DNA from: Stramenopiles sp. TOSAG23-2
Lineage: Eukaryota
NCBI GenBank assembly: GCA_900128395.1
Contig: LT649284.1
Coordinates: 1-46,026, forward strand
DNA: 46,026 nucleotides
Direction: 5' to 3'
Shown here piece after piece: positions 25,581-36,651 of this stretch. The notes below the pieces were generated by a model. It was not told the origin of the DNA and ran no database searches. It saw only the letters and a list, made by a program, of their open reading frames with translations. The translations under genes and the position numbers were made by a program. Positions within the stretch are counted from its first letter, which is position 1. Each line of letters begins with the position of its first letter.

Positions 25581-26033
25581 GGAGAGAGAGAGGTGTGGTG
25601 AGATTCCCGACGGAGGTGAAATGGCCCATAGAATAATCGTGTGGAAACAATATCAACACTATTGACACCATACCGATAATATATTAGTAAATATCCATAC
25701 AAATAAAAATCAACACACCACAAGGAGATCAAAGGAGAGGTGGTGGTGAGATTCCCTACGGAGGTGAAATGGTCCATTTAATATATGTGTGGAAACAATT
25801 ACAAACAAATATATACCATACCGAGAATATATTAGTAAATATCCATACAAATAAAAATTAACACCACAAGAGATCAAAGGAGAGGTGGTGGTGAGATTCC
25901 CTACGGAGGTGAAATGGTCCATATAATCATCGTGTGGAAACAATTACAAAATTATTGACACCACACCGATAATTTATTAGTAAATATCCATACAAATAAA
26001 AATTAACACCACTAGGAGATCAAAGGAGAGGTG
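25581..26033. repeat. Three diverged tandem copies of a ~145-148 bp non-coding unit
   Basis: The core GAGATTCCC(G/T)ACGGAGGTGAAATGG(C/T)CCAT starts at 25600, 25748 and 25893, and TATTAGTAAATATCCATACAAATAAAAAT occurs in each copy. Confidence 0.9.
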
Positions 26034-27056
26034 AAAATTTTCCTCCTCGTTCCAAAATATATCGATAATAGCTACTATACAAATAGAAGGTATCACAAGC
26101 CTAGAAAATCTTCATTTTTAATTATATATTCAGGAAAACTGTTTGGAATTTTTTTATTTTGGTTTTATACTATTTTGTAATCTGGATATATGTATTTATT
26201 TAATGGTTATATCGTATAAATGTATGTATTATATAATATTTTGTATATGTGGATATTCTTGATACGGTTCAAGTGTTCAAGTGGTATTGGGAAGATCTTG
26301 ATCAAAATTCTGTGGCTGTGAGGTTTTTTAATTTATAGAATCCGGCCAAAATGTGTTATATGTTAGTGTATCTCTGGATTGTGCGATTCTGGATTCTGGA
26401 TCTGCCACCTCTATTCTCTATCATCCTCTAATCCTCTATCCTCTATCCTCTATCCACATATCCACATATGGGAGAGCTTGGAATTCTGTTACTGTATTAT
26501 ACAAACACACGTCTTTATTTTATTACATCATGGAAATCTGACGTCATCATCATGAGCATAGCATTACAACCTTCGAATTACAGAATTACATTAAACTACT
26601 CAAACCGACTGTTTAGAGTCGGATATGAACAATAATATCCGATAATTAAATAATAAATAATATATATAATTAAGTATATTTGATGTTTATTTTTAGATAG
26701 TAAAATTCCTGAAATGTTATCTATTTTTTAATGCGAAATCCATCGCACGCTGTTTAATTAATTTGTTCTCGTTTCTAATTAAGGATACATGAATCCAATC
26801 TTCATCGAAGAAATTATATTCATATATAAAGTATCGCCATATTATACAACTACCTTAACTAAAATTTCAAACATAGATTGTTGTGTGATGTTTATAAAGG
26901 GATCTCAATCAACGTTGAAAAGTAATAATTTAGTAGTTCAATATATATATATTATATATATCAAGAATTACATTGTGAAAACATAAGTGTTTGAAATAGG
27001 ACGGGGGGGGTGAAAAGAAAATAAAAAGTAGTCTGAGAAAAAAATATTAAAAAAAT

Positions 27057-27104
27057 ATGGCATCATCATCATCATCATCATATAATAATTTAAAAAATGA
27101 GACC

Positions 27105-27140
<36 letters not shown>

Positions 27141-28619
27141 CAAACAACACGTAGGTCTACTGCAAATTCAATTTCTACATTAGATGAAAATGAAATGTTA
27201 TTTACTGAAAAAGAATTAGCAAAAGCAAATGGTGCTTGTTATTCACGATTTTGGAAACAATGTCCAACAAAATGTTTACCATTATGTTTACCATGTAATT
27301 GTTTATTACATCCATGTAGGAAAGCTGTATCCAAAGATAAAAATCGATATGAGGAAGGTACCTATTCGTTAGATTTAGTATATTTATTTCCACGTTTAAT
27401 TATATGTGGTTTCCCAGCTGCTGGCATGGAACATATATGGAGAAACCCACGGTTGGAAGTTAAGCGATTTTTAGAAGAAAAGCATCCAGGTAATTATTTT
27501 ATGTTTAATTTTTGTGTTGAACCAGGTCGTTGTTATCCACATGAAATTTTTAATAATCGTGTACAACGTTTTCCATATAAAGATCATAATGTACCGCATA
27601 CAAAAGTATTATCGCGTTTTTTATTTACTGCGAAAAAATGGTTAGATAAGGATGAAAAACATGTAGTAGTATTGCATTGCAAAGCAGGGAAAGGCCGTGC
27701 TGGTATGATGTCCTGCGCATTGATGTTGCATATGGGATGGAAAGGAAATCCAAAAGAGGTATTGAAATATTACGATGATAAACGTGTATGGAGAAACAAA
27801 GCATTGACGGTACCATCACAAATACGATATGTCCATTATGCGCAAATGGTTAGTGAAAAAGTACAGGAAGGGTTGATATTGGAAGATTTAAATGGTACAT
27901 TGGATTCCATTACCATTGGCCCGAAGGATACGGTATCGCCTATGAATATTAAAATCCATTTGCAAAACGATTGCATTGGAAATACGAAATTGTTATACGA
28001 TACGAAAGATAATAAAAATTTACATAATAATTTAAATGTAAAGACAAAAGGTAATATTAAAATCACATTGTTTTTACCAAATGGTAAGAAATGTGGACGT
28101 TTTTGGTTAAACATGGCATTTGAACCAGGGACAACAGTCACGTTTTACAAAAAAGATATCGATAAAATGTCAAAAGATTGTAAAAATGATAAACGTTTTC
28201 CAAAAGATTTATTTGTACGTATTGATTTTAAAAATATTGGTAATGCAATTGAAATGGGACAAGTCAATCCATTAATACAAAGTCAAATAAATAATATAAA
28301 TAATAATAAGGAAGTTGTAAATAGTAATGTAAATGGATCAACAAATGCATCATCATCACCACCAACAACAACAACAACAACAACAAGTAATAATGTGGAG
28401 AAAGAAGCAAATGATATAAATAACAAAAAAATAAATGCAGCGGAAGAAGGAGTGGTAGAGGTAAATGTTAGATTAGAACGTCTAAGTGCACCACAAACAT
28501 TAACTCATACAACATTGACACGCCCAATGATTACTAAAAATATCATTACTACTAATAATAATAAGAAATTACAACAATCCAAACCAGAAACACCAAAAGC
28601 ATTGAAACAAATGAAGTGA
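27057..28619 (+). CDS. PTEN: PTEN-family phosphoinositide phosphatase with C2-like domain
   Basis: VSKDKNRY..LDLVY..RLIICGFPA, RNP..EVKRFL, PYKDHNVP, HCKAGKGRAG (CX5R) and TVPSQIRYVHY. Confidence 0.9.
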
Positions 28620-28936
28620 GATTTGAACGAAAAGAATTATTTAATTAGAGGAGAGTGTATAGGTTATTAGGTGTTATGAATGCCCGCTGGTGGAACTGCC
28701 CATGGGATTATGTGTCGTGCAGTGCCGTTGTGGTGCAATTTAGTAAAACCCTGTTTAGGTAAATATTATTTTATTTGATGTGTAATTTATATCTCTATAT
28801 ATCATACAGTTTAATGTTCCCTGCTGCATACCTTTTTCCTTGTTCCTTGTTTGAGACGATCCTATATATATAGTTTTGAATGAATAGAGAGAGAGATACT
28901 ATAAGAAAACAAAACAGATATATATATATACGCAAC

Positions 28937-30156
28937 ATGGCATCTTTAGCCACGAATGACAATGATGATAATAATGAGGATCAGTTAAAACCACCTACAA
29001 TAACAAGGCAACGGTCTACTAACGCAGCTACGTTGGAAGCATTACAAGAAAAACCAGAACGGACAATTATCGTTGGTATATTAGTTTTACCAGCTGGAGT
29101 GGAATCTGCATGCGGGATCATGTTAAATATGTTTCAATATTTGGATATTAGATCATTATGCAATGTGAAACGATCATCTTTGATACAACAATGTAGAAAA
29201 GCATTTGGATCAGATGATTTTGAACGTGTACGCGATGTAGCTTTGAGGCTTGATTATGAAGGTAGAAGAAGTATAAATGAGTTGATACTTTCACATCCAG
29301 CGAGAAGACTTTATTTATTAATTGAAAGATATAAACGAGAGTTTCCACGTGGTACACCTATCGTATGTGCATGTCGATATGGACGTATGAATGATGTAGA
29401 ACTATTTGTTTCTCTTCATCCTTTTCACAAGTATATTACTAATCGTGATGTGAATGGCTACAGAGATGATATGACATTAAAAGAATATGTGAATCAAGTC
29501 GGTCAATATAGTCGTGGTTGGGAATGGACACCTTTAATTGCAGCTGCAACAAACGAACATTTCCAAGTAGTTAAATATTTGATTGAACAAGGTGAAGCTG
29601 ATCCTAATATTGCAAATAGTGTTGGATGGAATGTATTGCATTGTGCATCATGGCGTGACAGAACGACTATTGATTTGATTTCCAAGTAGTTAAATATTTG
29701 ATTGAACAAGGTGAAGCTGATCCTAATATTGCACGTATTAGTGGTGGAATGAATGCATTACATTATGCAGCATGTAATAACAGAACGACTACTGAGTGGA
29801 TTGAATTGTTGTTAACGCATATGAATCTTGATAGCATTAATAAGAAGAACTGCGGGGGATACACTCCCCTGGACTTGGCATATCTTAATAATGATAGTCC
29901 AATTCGCCAAGAGATCATTGCACTTTTACGTTCAAAAGGTGGAAAAGCAAATNNNNNNNNNNNNNNNNNNNNNNNNNNNNNNNNNNNNNNNNNNNNNNNN
30001 NNNNNNNNNNNNNNNNNNNNNNNNNNNNNNNNNAATAATGATAGTCCAATTCGCCAAGAGATCATTGCACTTTTACGTTCAAAAGGTGGAAAAGCAAATA
30101 ATATTGATGAAAATGGTAGATATGTTAATGTAGGACCATTTGGAGACGATTATTAA
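28937..30156 (+). CDS. F-box-like/ankyrin-repeat protein, paralog B (assembled as a chimera of variants, with an N gap)
   Basis: Near-identical N-terminal half to 30641-31621; ankyrin motifs TPLIAAA, NALHYAA and YTPLDLA. The frame breaks at ~29678 and there is a gap at 29953-30033. Confidence 0.75.
29953..30033. other. Scaffold gap (81 N) flanked by a duplicated ~65 bp sequence
   Basis: Run of N; AATAATGATAGTCC...GGAAAAGCAAAT occurs on both sides. Confidence 0.98.
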
Positions 30157-30640
30157 AATAGATTAAAAAATTTTATAATAAGTATGTTTCTCTTGTTAAA
30201 TAATTTTATACAGATGATATGTTTGATTAAAGTGATAAAATGCATACAATTTCCTTCCCTCCCCTTTCATCTTTTTCATCCAAGAAAGTGTGTGTGTTCG
30301 GTCCCTCGTCTTCTATATATAGTCTTTGTTGAATGAATGATGTGCATTTGATTAATATTTAATATAGATAGAGATGATAGCAGGAAGGAAGGGGAAATAT
30401 ATATATATATACCAATACAACACATTCTTCTTCTTTAAAGTCTGTAGTAAAATCAGAAAATAAAAGAAAGATCAACATTATATTGTTCAAATATACATAT
30501 ATACATTTATATATTTTCGTATATTTTGGAAAATATAAAAATCACCACATCGACAAACAAATATTATATTATTATATTATAACTAAAGAAAGTACAAATT
30601 ATAAAAACAAAACAGACATATATATATATATACGTATAAC

Positions 30641-31621
30641 ATGGCATCTTTAGCCACGAATGACGATGATGATACCGTTGTTGATCAGTTAAAATCACTC
30701 GCAATAACAAGGCAACGTACAACTAACGCAGTGACGATTGAAGCGTTACAACAAACACGGGCACCACCACCAATTAAGATTGGTATATTAGTTTTACCAG
30801 CTGGAGTGGAATCTGCCTGCGGGATCATGTTAAATATGTTTCAATATTTGGATATTAGAACATTATGCAATGTGAAACGATCATCTTTAATACAACAATG
30901 TAGAAAAGCATTTGGATCCGATGATTTTGAACGTGTACGCGATGTAGCTTTGAGGCTTGATTATGAAGGTAGAAGAAGTATAAATGAGTTGAGACTTACA
31001 CATCCAGCGAGAAGACTTTATTTATTAATTGAAAGATATAAAAGAGAGTTTCCACGTGGTAAATATAAAAGAGATAATATACCAATACCTATCATATGTG
31101 CATGTGAATACGGACGTATGGATGATGTGCAATCATTTGTGAATCTTCATCCTTATCACAAGTATATTACCAATCGTGATGCGAATGGCTACAGAGATGA
31201 GATGACATTGAAAGAGATGGTGAATCAATTCGGTATCGATAGTGAAGGTGGTGCATTAGAATGTACACCTTTAATCATAGCTGTAACATGTGAACATTTC
31301 CAAGTAGTTCAATATTTAATTGAGCAAGGTGAAGCTGATCCTAATATTACAGATAGTGATGGGCAGAATGCATTATATTATGCAGCAATTCATAACAGAA
31401 AGAATACTGAGGTGACTGAACTGTTATTGGAGCATATTTCTCTTGAGAGCATTAATAAGAAGCAGTCCGGGGGATGCACTCCCCTGGACTGTGCATATTT
31501 TAATCGTGGTCCAATTCGTTTACAGATCGCTGCACTTTTACGTTTAAAAGGTGGAAAATCAAATTGGTTTGATGCAAATGGTATAATGGTAGGAGATGGT
31601 AATGGTGATTTAAATCATTAA
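30641..31621 (+). CDS. F-box-like/ankyrin-repeat protein, paralog C
   Basis: LPAGVESACGIMLNMFQYLDIRTLCNV resembles a degenerate F-box; ankyrin motifs TPLIIAV, NALYYAA and CTPLDCA. Confidence 0.8.
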   Translation: MASLATNDDDDTVVDQLKSLAITRQRTTNAVTIEALQQTRAPPPIKIGILVLPAGVESACGIMLNMFQYLDIRTLCNVKRSSLIQQCRKAFGSDDFERVRDVALRLDYEGRRSINELRLTHPARRLYLLIERYKREFPRGKYKRDNIPIPIICACEYGRMDDVQSFVNLHPYHKYITNRDANGYRDEMTLKEMVNQFGIDSEGGALECTPLIIAVTCEHFQVVQYLIEQGEADPNITDSDGQNALYYAAIHNRKNTEVTELLLEHISLESINKKQSGGCTPLDCAYFNRGPIRLQIAALLRLKGGKSNWFDANGIMVGDGNGDLNH

Positions 31622-31985
31622 AAAAAATATTTTTGTTGATTTCGTTGATTAAAGAGTTTACTAAAAAAACATAAAATATATATATATTGTGTGCACACAC
31701 ATGTATTTATACAGAGATTCCTTTGGGCCCCGATCCCTTGTCTCAAAGTCTATATCTGTATGTTTATTTTTAGTTTAGCACTTTACTGACTAATGTATAT
31801 TATAGGATGAGAATATCATTACAATATAGACATAGACATAGCATTATGAACAAATTAGGGTTTTAAATTTTTTTAACTTGTTACTTGTTACACTATAACT
31901 TATTGATAGTATAATAATAATATAAATGTACACACGAAATACGAAATAGAAACTGACCTTATAAATCCTTAAATTACAAAAGCAT

Positions 31986-32213
31986 ATGTCAAAGGAAGAT
32001 GCTGCATGTGTGTGGAAGTGTTATACACATTCACAAACAGAGACATGGTTAACAACAACACCAAAATCAATACATAGCACAGGTTTACAAAAAGGACCGA
32101 AAATTTGTATGGGGTGTGGGTGCACACACACAAAAAGTGCAACATATGCATTACATCATATACAAAAGTGTAAAGGGTTAAGTGAATGTTCATACATTAG
32201 CAACAATGTATGA
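31986..32213 (+). pseudogene. Possible BED zinc-finger fragment (hAT transposase-like remnant)
   Basis: VWKCY...ICMGC...ATYALHHIQKC fits the W/aromatic-CxxC-HxxxC BED pattern. No catalytic domain follows. Confidence 0.4.
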
Positions 32214-32364
32214 ACAAGGTGACACTATTTGTACTACTGGCATTAAACAGTACTACAAAGAGTGTACATCTTTGCAGGCAACAATAATATTCTCATATTT
32301 ATTGGAACCAATTATATCCCCATGGCAAATTTCTCTCTTTTAACCCATTCCTCTTTTGTTTAAA

Positions 32365-32429
32365 TGGTGGAACATAATCGTTCTCCCATATGAACGTTTT
32401 TTTTATGGGAGAATGATTATGTTCCACCA
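32365..32429. repeat. 26 bp inverted repeat with a 13-nt loop (hairpin)
   Basis: TGGTGGAACATAATCGTTCTCCCATA / TATGGGAGAATGATTATGTTCCACCA: 25 of 26 pairs are Watson-Crick and one is G-U on the + strand. Confidence 0.9.
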
Positions 32430-32598
32430 GTATACATGTATTAGAACTAGTAGTACCACCAACCGGTTTAACAAATATTTAGTCCATAATTCCTCTAATC
32501 GCAAACATGGCAAAACAGGTTTTGTCAAATCTAGGTATGTCCACACATAAATAATTGTTAATATTTTACCTCATTAGCATTCACTACTTTAATATTAT

Positions 32599-32994
32599 TT
32601 ATTTTTTTCTCTTTTTCTTAGCATTAAACTCTATCCTTAGGTTTTTATCTCGTTCAAATTGGTCCACCATTGCATACGATCCCCTATTTGAAGTTGATTG
32701 TCTTTTTGGACGAGGTGTTCTAGCAGCTGCAGCTACTCGTGCTTGTTGTGCTTTCTTCTGTGCTCTTTGCGCTCGTTTTTTCGCTTTCAATTCTTGTTGC
32801 CGTTTTCGTTCCTCTTCTAAACGACGATCTTCATCTTCTTGTTCCTTTTTCTTTCTTTCTTCTTCTTCTTCACGTTTTTTTGCAGCAGCTAATTTTTCTT
32901 CTTCTTCACGTTTTTTCGCAGCATTTCGTGCAACAGCAACACCAGCTTGTCTAATACCAGATAACATATCATTTTTGAAGGCAAGCCTCAACAA
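32599..32994 (-). CDS. Charged alpha-helical (E/K/R-rich) hypothetical ORF, possibly the last exon of an unresolved gene
   Basis: 131-aa protein-like ORF preceded closely by a CCACAG acceptor-like site. No family recognised. Confidence 0.4.
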   Translation of the reverse strand: MLRLAFKNDMLSGIRQAGVAVARNAAKKREEEEKLAAAKKREEEEERKKKEQEDEDRRLEEERKRQQELKAKKRAQRAQKKAQQARVAAAARTPRPKRQSTSNRGSYAMVDQFERDKNLRIEFNAKKKRKK

Positions 32995-33883
32995 CTGTGG
33001 ATATTATATCCCATGTAATTTCGGAAAGCTTCAATAATGGAATCATCACAGGAGTTCAAATGTATACCAAATCACACCTATACAAACTATATAAAAATGC
33101 CGTTGAAAAGTCTAACAACAACAGAAAAGGCAATCCATTCAACAATGATAATGATGATAATTTGTCTTTAGCTTTGCTAACACATCATCTATTGCAGAAC
33201 AACATTTTACATAGGAATCATTTAAAGCTAGTCAAGCTACTACGAATTGGCGAAGAATTGGCCCAGAAAACAATTTAGCAGTTAAAAAAGGGAAACTAAT
33301 TGAAGAAAAATTGGACCAATTAATCAAAAAGTACAACAAAGGTTCTACATAAAAATATACAATTACTATATATAATAACAACTAATCGCTGTGTTAAACT
33401 ACAATCATGGCATCATTTACAAAGACATATCCAAATGGTTCAAACGACTGGTAGACCAAATCTACAGATACGTACAGTTCTTGAATATGAACAGAAAGCA
33501 GAATCAGTCGTTATATGATTATACTGTATCGTTAAGAGGAAAACTGCAGTATATGAATAGTAAAACCTGGACAACTGGACTATATTATAGTTTATTCAGA
33601 TTTGCTGGTATCTGAAGTGTGAGCCATCTTTTTCATGTTCCTAGCAGGGTTGCAATGCTATTCCTATGCTAATGCTCCTCTTCATAAATCCATCATATTT
33701 CCTTCCAGGAGACAAAAACATATATCTCTCTATCTCCATATCTATAATCTATATATACCACATAGATCTATATAATGTATATGTATACATATATAGATAG
33801 ATACATCCATACACTCACACATAATATAATTAAATAAAGTTTTCTTGTACACACACACACACATATATATATATACTACAATC

Positions 33884-35386
33884 ATGGCATCAACAAAGAC
33901 ATATCCAAATGGACAACCAAAGCCATTTTCACCACGGCGTATTGCATTATCGCGTGGGGTATTTGCTCATAATTATATCCATACCAATCTTAAACGACAT
34001 GATATTAATAATACAACAACAAATAATCAAACTGATAATGTTACGTTGAAATCGTATGTTGATTTAGCAGATGCATATGCAGCAATTGTAAGTAGACATC
34101 TCCTACGAACATCTCCAACGAAAAAAAACTTGACGCAATAAACTAACACTATGACATACATACATACATATCCATACATAGGGACAATATGAAATAGCAG
34201 AGGAAAAATATCGTAGTGCATTAACTGCATATAATGGATCAATTCATACAGCATCTATCATTTCACGTTGTTTATGTGGAATGGGAGCTGTTTGTACAGA
34301 TACAAGTAGATTTGATGAAGCAAAACACTATTTATTATTAGGATTAAAATTTTTAACAGCTGCAACTGAAACTGCTACAAATGCAAAAATAGCACGTGAA
34401 CAAATGGAAGAAACCATGATTAATGTGAATGATATCATGGAAAATATAAATAAAGATTTAGATGATTGGAAATTTGCTGATTTAATGAAAGCACGTACAT
34501 ATGGACATATGGCTGAATTATGTCGTGCAGAAGGTAATATATCTGGATTGATATCATGGAAAATATAAATAAAGATTTAGATGATTGGAAATTTGCTGAT
34601 TTAATGAAAGCACGTACATATGGACATATGGCTGAATTATGTCGTGCAGAAGGTAATATATCTGGATTAATATTGTATTTAAATAAAGCTATTGATACGA
34701 TGTCCATGTTAGAAAATGGCAATGAATTAGAAGCATATGCAGGTGAATTAGGTAATGAATTATTACAATTTTATTATCAATTAGGTACTATTTACATCAA
34801 TCAAGGTTTATGGAATCATGTTATAATTACATATGAATCTGCATTAGAAGTTGTAAAGAAACAATTAGGTACCGATAGTGTTGAATGTGCGGAATGTTAT
34901 TTACAAATTGGACGTGCATTGGAGGAAATTGATATAGAAAACAAAAACCATTTCAATGTAAAACGTAGTTGTAAAGTACTGCATCATGCTGGTAAAATAT
35001 TTGAAAAACAATTTGGTAAAGGACATATACGTACAGCTGCATGTTATGAAAAATTAGCAAAATTAACAGCAGCAGGTAATGAAACAGATTTAGATTTAGC
35101 GGCATATTATAGTAAAAAAGCATTAGATTCCGCAGAAGCTGCATTATTATTAGATCCATACAGTGAACAAAGTAGTATTGTATTATCACGATGTATTACA
35201 CGATATGCAAATATTAAATTTAAACGTGGCCAACCATGTAGTGCATGTGCATTGGGAAGCGAAGCGAGTATGTCCTTACGATATGCACAACCGGAAAATA
35301 ATATTGAACATTCAAAGATATTTGCAAATAATGCAAGGATGTGGAGTGAATTGCCAAAATTCAATTATTATCCAGCAAAACCGTGA
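33884..35386 (+). CDS. Tetratricopeptide-repeat protein (kinesin-light-chain-like TPRs); intron 34088-34181; frame broken by a 119 bp duplication
   Basis: YYQLGTIYINQG...YESALEVVKKQLGTDSVECAECYLQIG, FEKQFGKGHIRTAACYEKLA; GTAAGT..ACTAAC..TAG intron. Confidence 0.85.
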
Positions 35387-36315
35387 GGAGTGGAGGAGAC
35401 GAGGAGGGGTGTTGTGAGAGGAGTGCGTGGAGAGTAAGAGAAGGGGAAAAGGATGTGGAGTGAATTGCCAAAATTCAATTATTATCCAGCAAAACCGTGA
35501 GGAGTGGAGGAGACGAGGAGGGGTGTTGTGAGAGGAGTGCGTGGAGAGTAAGAGAAGGGGAAAGGAGTGCGGAGAGTTATTATCAACCACTATCCCCAGG
35601 GATATTTATTAAGTGATTAAGAGTGAGGTACGGATAGTGTCCAAAAACTAAAAATCTAATGAATAATAACATTTTTAACTCTGCATTAATGAAATTGTTT
35701 TTTACACTGCTTGCACTGACTGCTACACTAAAATAAAAATTCGTACGCGCTCTCGTACATGTCATATGTGGCCTCTATGATTGTTCCGTCTGAGTCATGC
35801 ACACATTTATCTACAATCATTCAAATACAATATAAATTCCATGTTTAATAAAATCTCTCTCAAGTCTTGCATGTATATGGGTTTTATATTTAATTACCCT
35901 CTTTGAACATAAACAAGTCCATTAATGAAATTGTTTTTTACACTGCTTGCACTGACTGCTACACTAAAATAAAAATTCGTACGCGCTCTCGTACATGTCA
36001 TATGTGGCCTCTATGATTGTTCCGTCTGAGTCATGCACACATTTATCTACAATCATTCAAATACAATATAAATTCCATGTTTAATAAAATCTCTCTCAAG
36101 TCTTGCATGTATATGGGTTTTATATTTAATTACCCTCTTTGAACATAAACAAGTCCATCATTGATCATTTTTTACATTGTATTGTACATGATTGAATTCA
36201 CTTTTTTAATATAAGATATATAATGTGGCATGTACATTGTATATAACATCATATAACATTTCTGTTTATTGATTAATTAATTAATTGCATCCTTCTGGTT
36301 TATTACTACCTTGAA

Positions 36316-36405
36316 ATAAAATCTCTCTCAAGTCTTGCATGTATATGGGTTTTATATTTAATTACCCTCTTTGAACATAAACAAGTCCATCATTGATCAT
36401 TTTTT
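36316..36405 (-). promoter_or_regulatory. Candidate SECIS element in the GILT 3' UTR (duplicated copy at ~36084-36173)
   Basis: On the minus strand: ATGAT (ATGA = 36393-36390), helix GGACTTGT..ATGT pairing with ACATGCAAGACT, unpaired AAA, apical mini-stem GGGT/ACCC, then TGAG (36330-36327). Folded by eye; the ATGA-to-AAA spacing of 17 nt is longer than canonical. Confidence 0.4.
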
Positions 36406-36651
36406 ACATTGTATTGTACATGATTGAATTCACTTTTTTAATATAAGATATATAATGTGGCATGTACATTGTATATAACATCATATAACATTTCTGTTTA
36501 TTGATTAATTAATTAATTGCATCCTTCTGGTTTATTACTACCTTGATATAAACTACATACATGTGATAGTAATTGCGACGGATCTTCCATTGGTTTTCCA
36601 TTTACAATTACCCATGGTGTTCCAATTTTAGATGTACCTAATTTGAATTAA

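Noticed and set aside
25581-26033. CRISPR array or hammerhead ribozyme reading of the ~147 bp repeat
   Set aside because: The units are homologous along their whole length with no unique spacers, and there is no CUGANGA core inside the units.
29490-31560. A complete diversity-generating retroelement
   Set aside because: No reverse transcriptase, accessory gene or identifiable invariant template repeat in the window; positive selection explains the pattern equally well.
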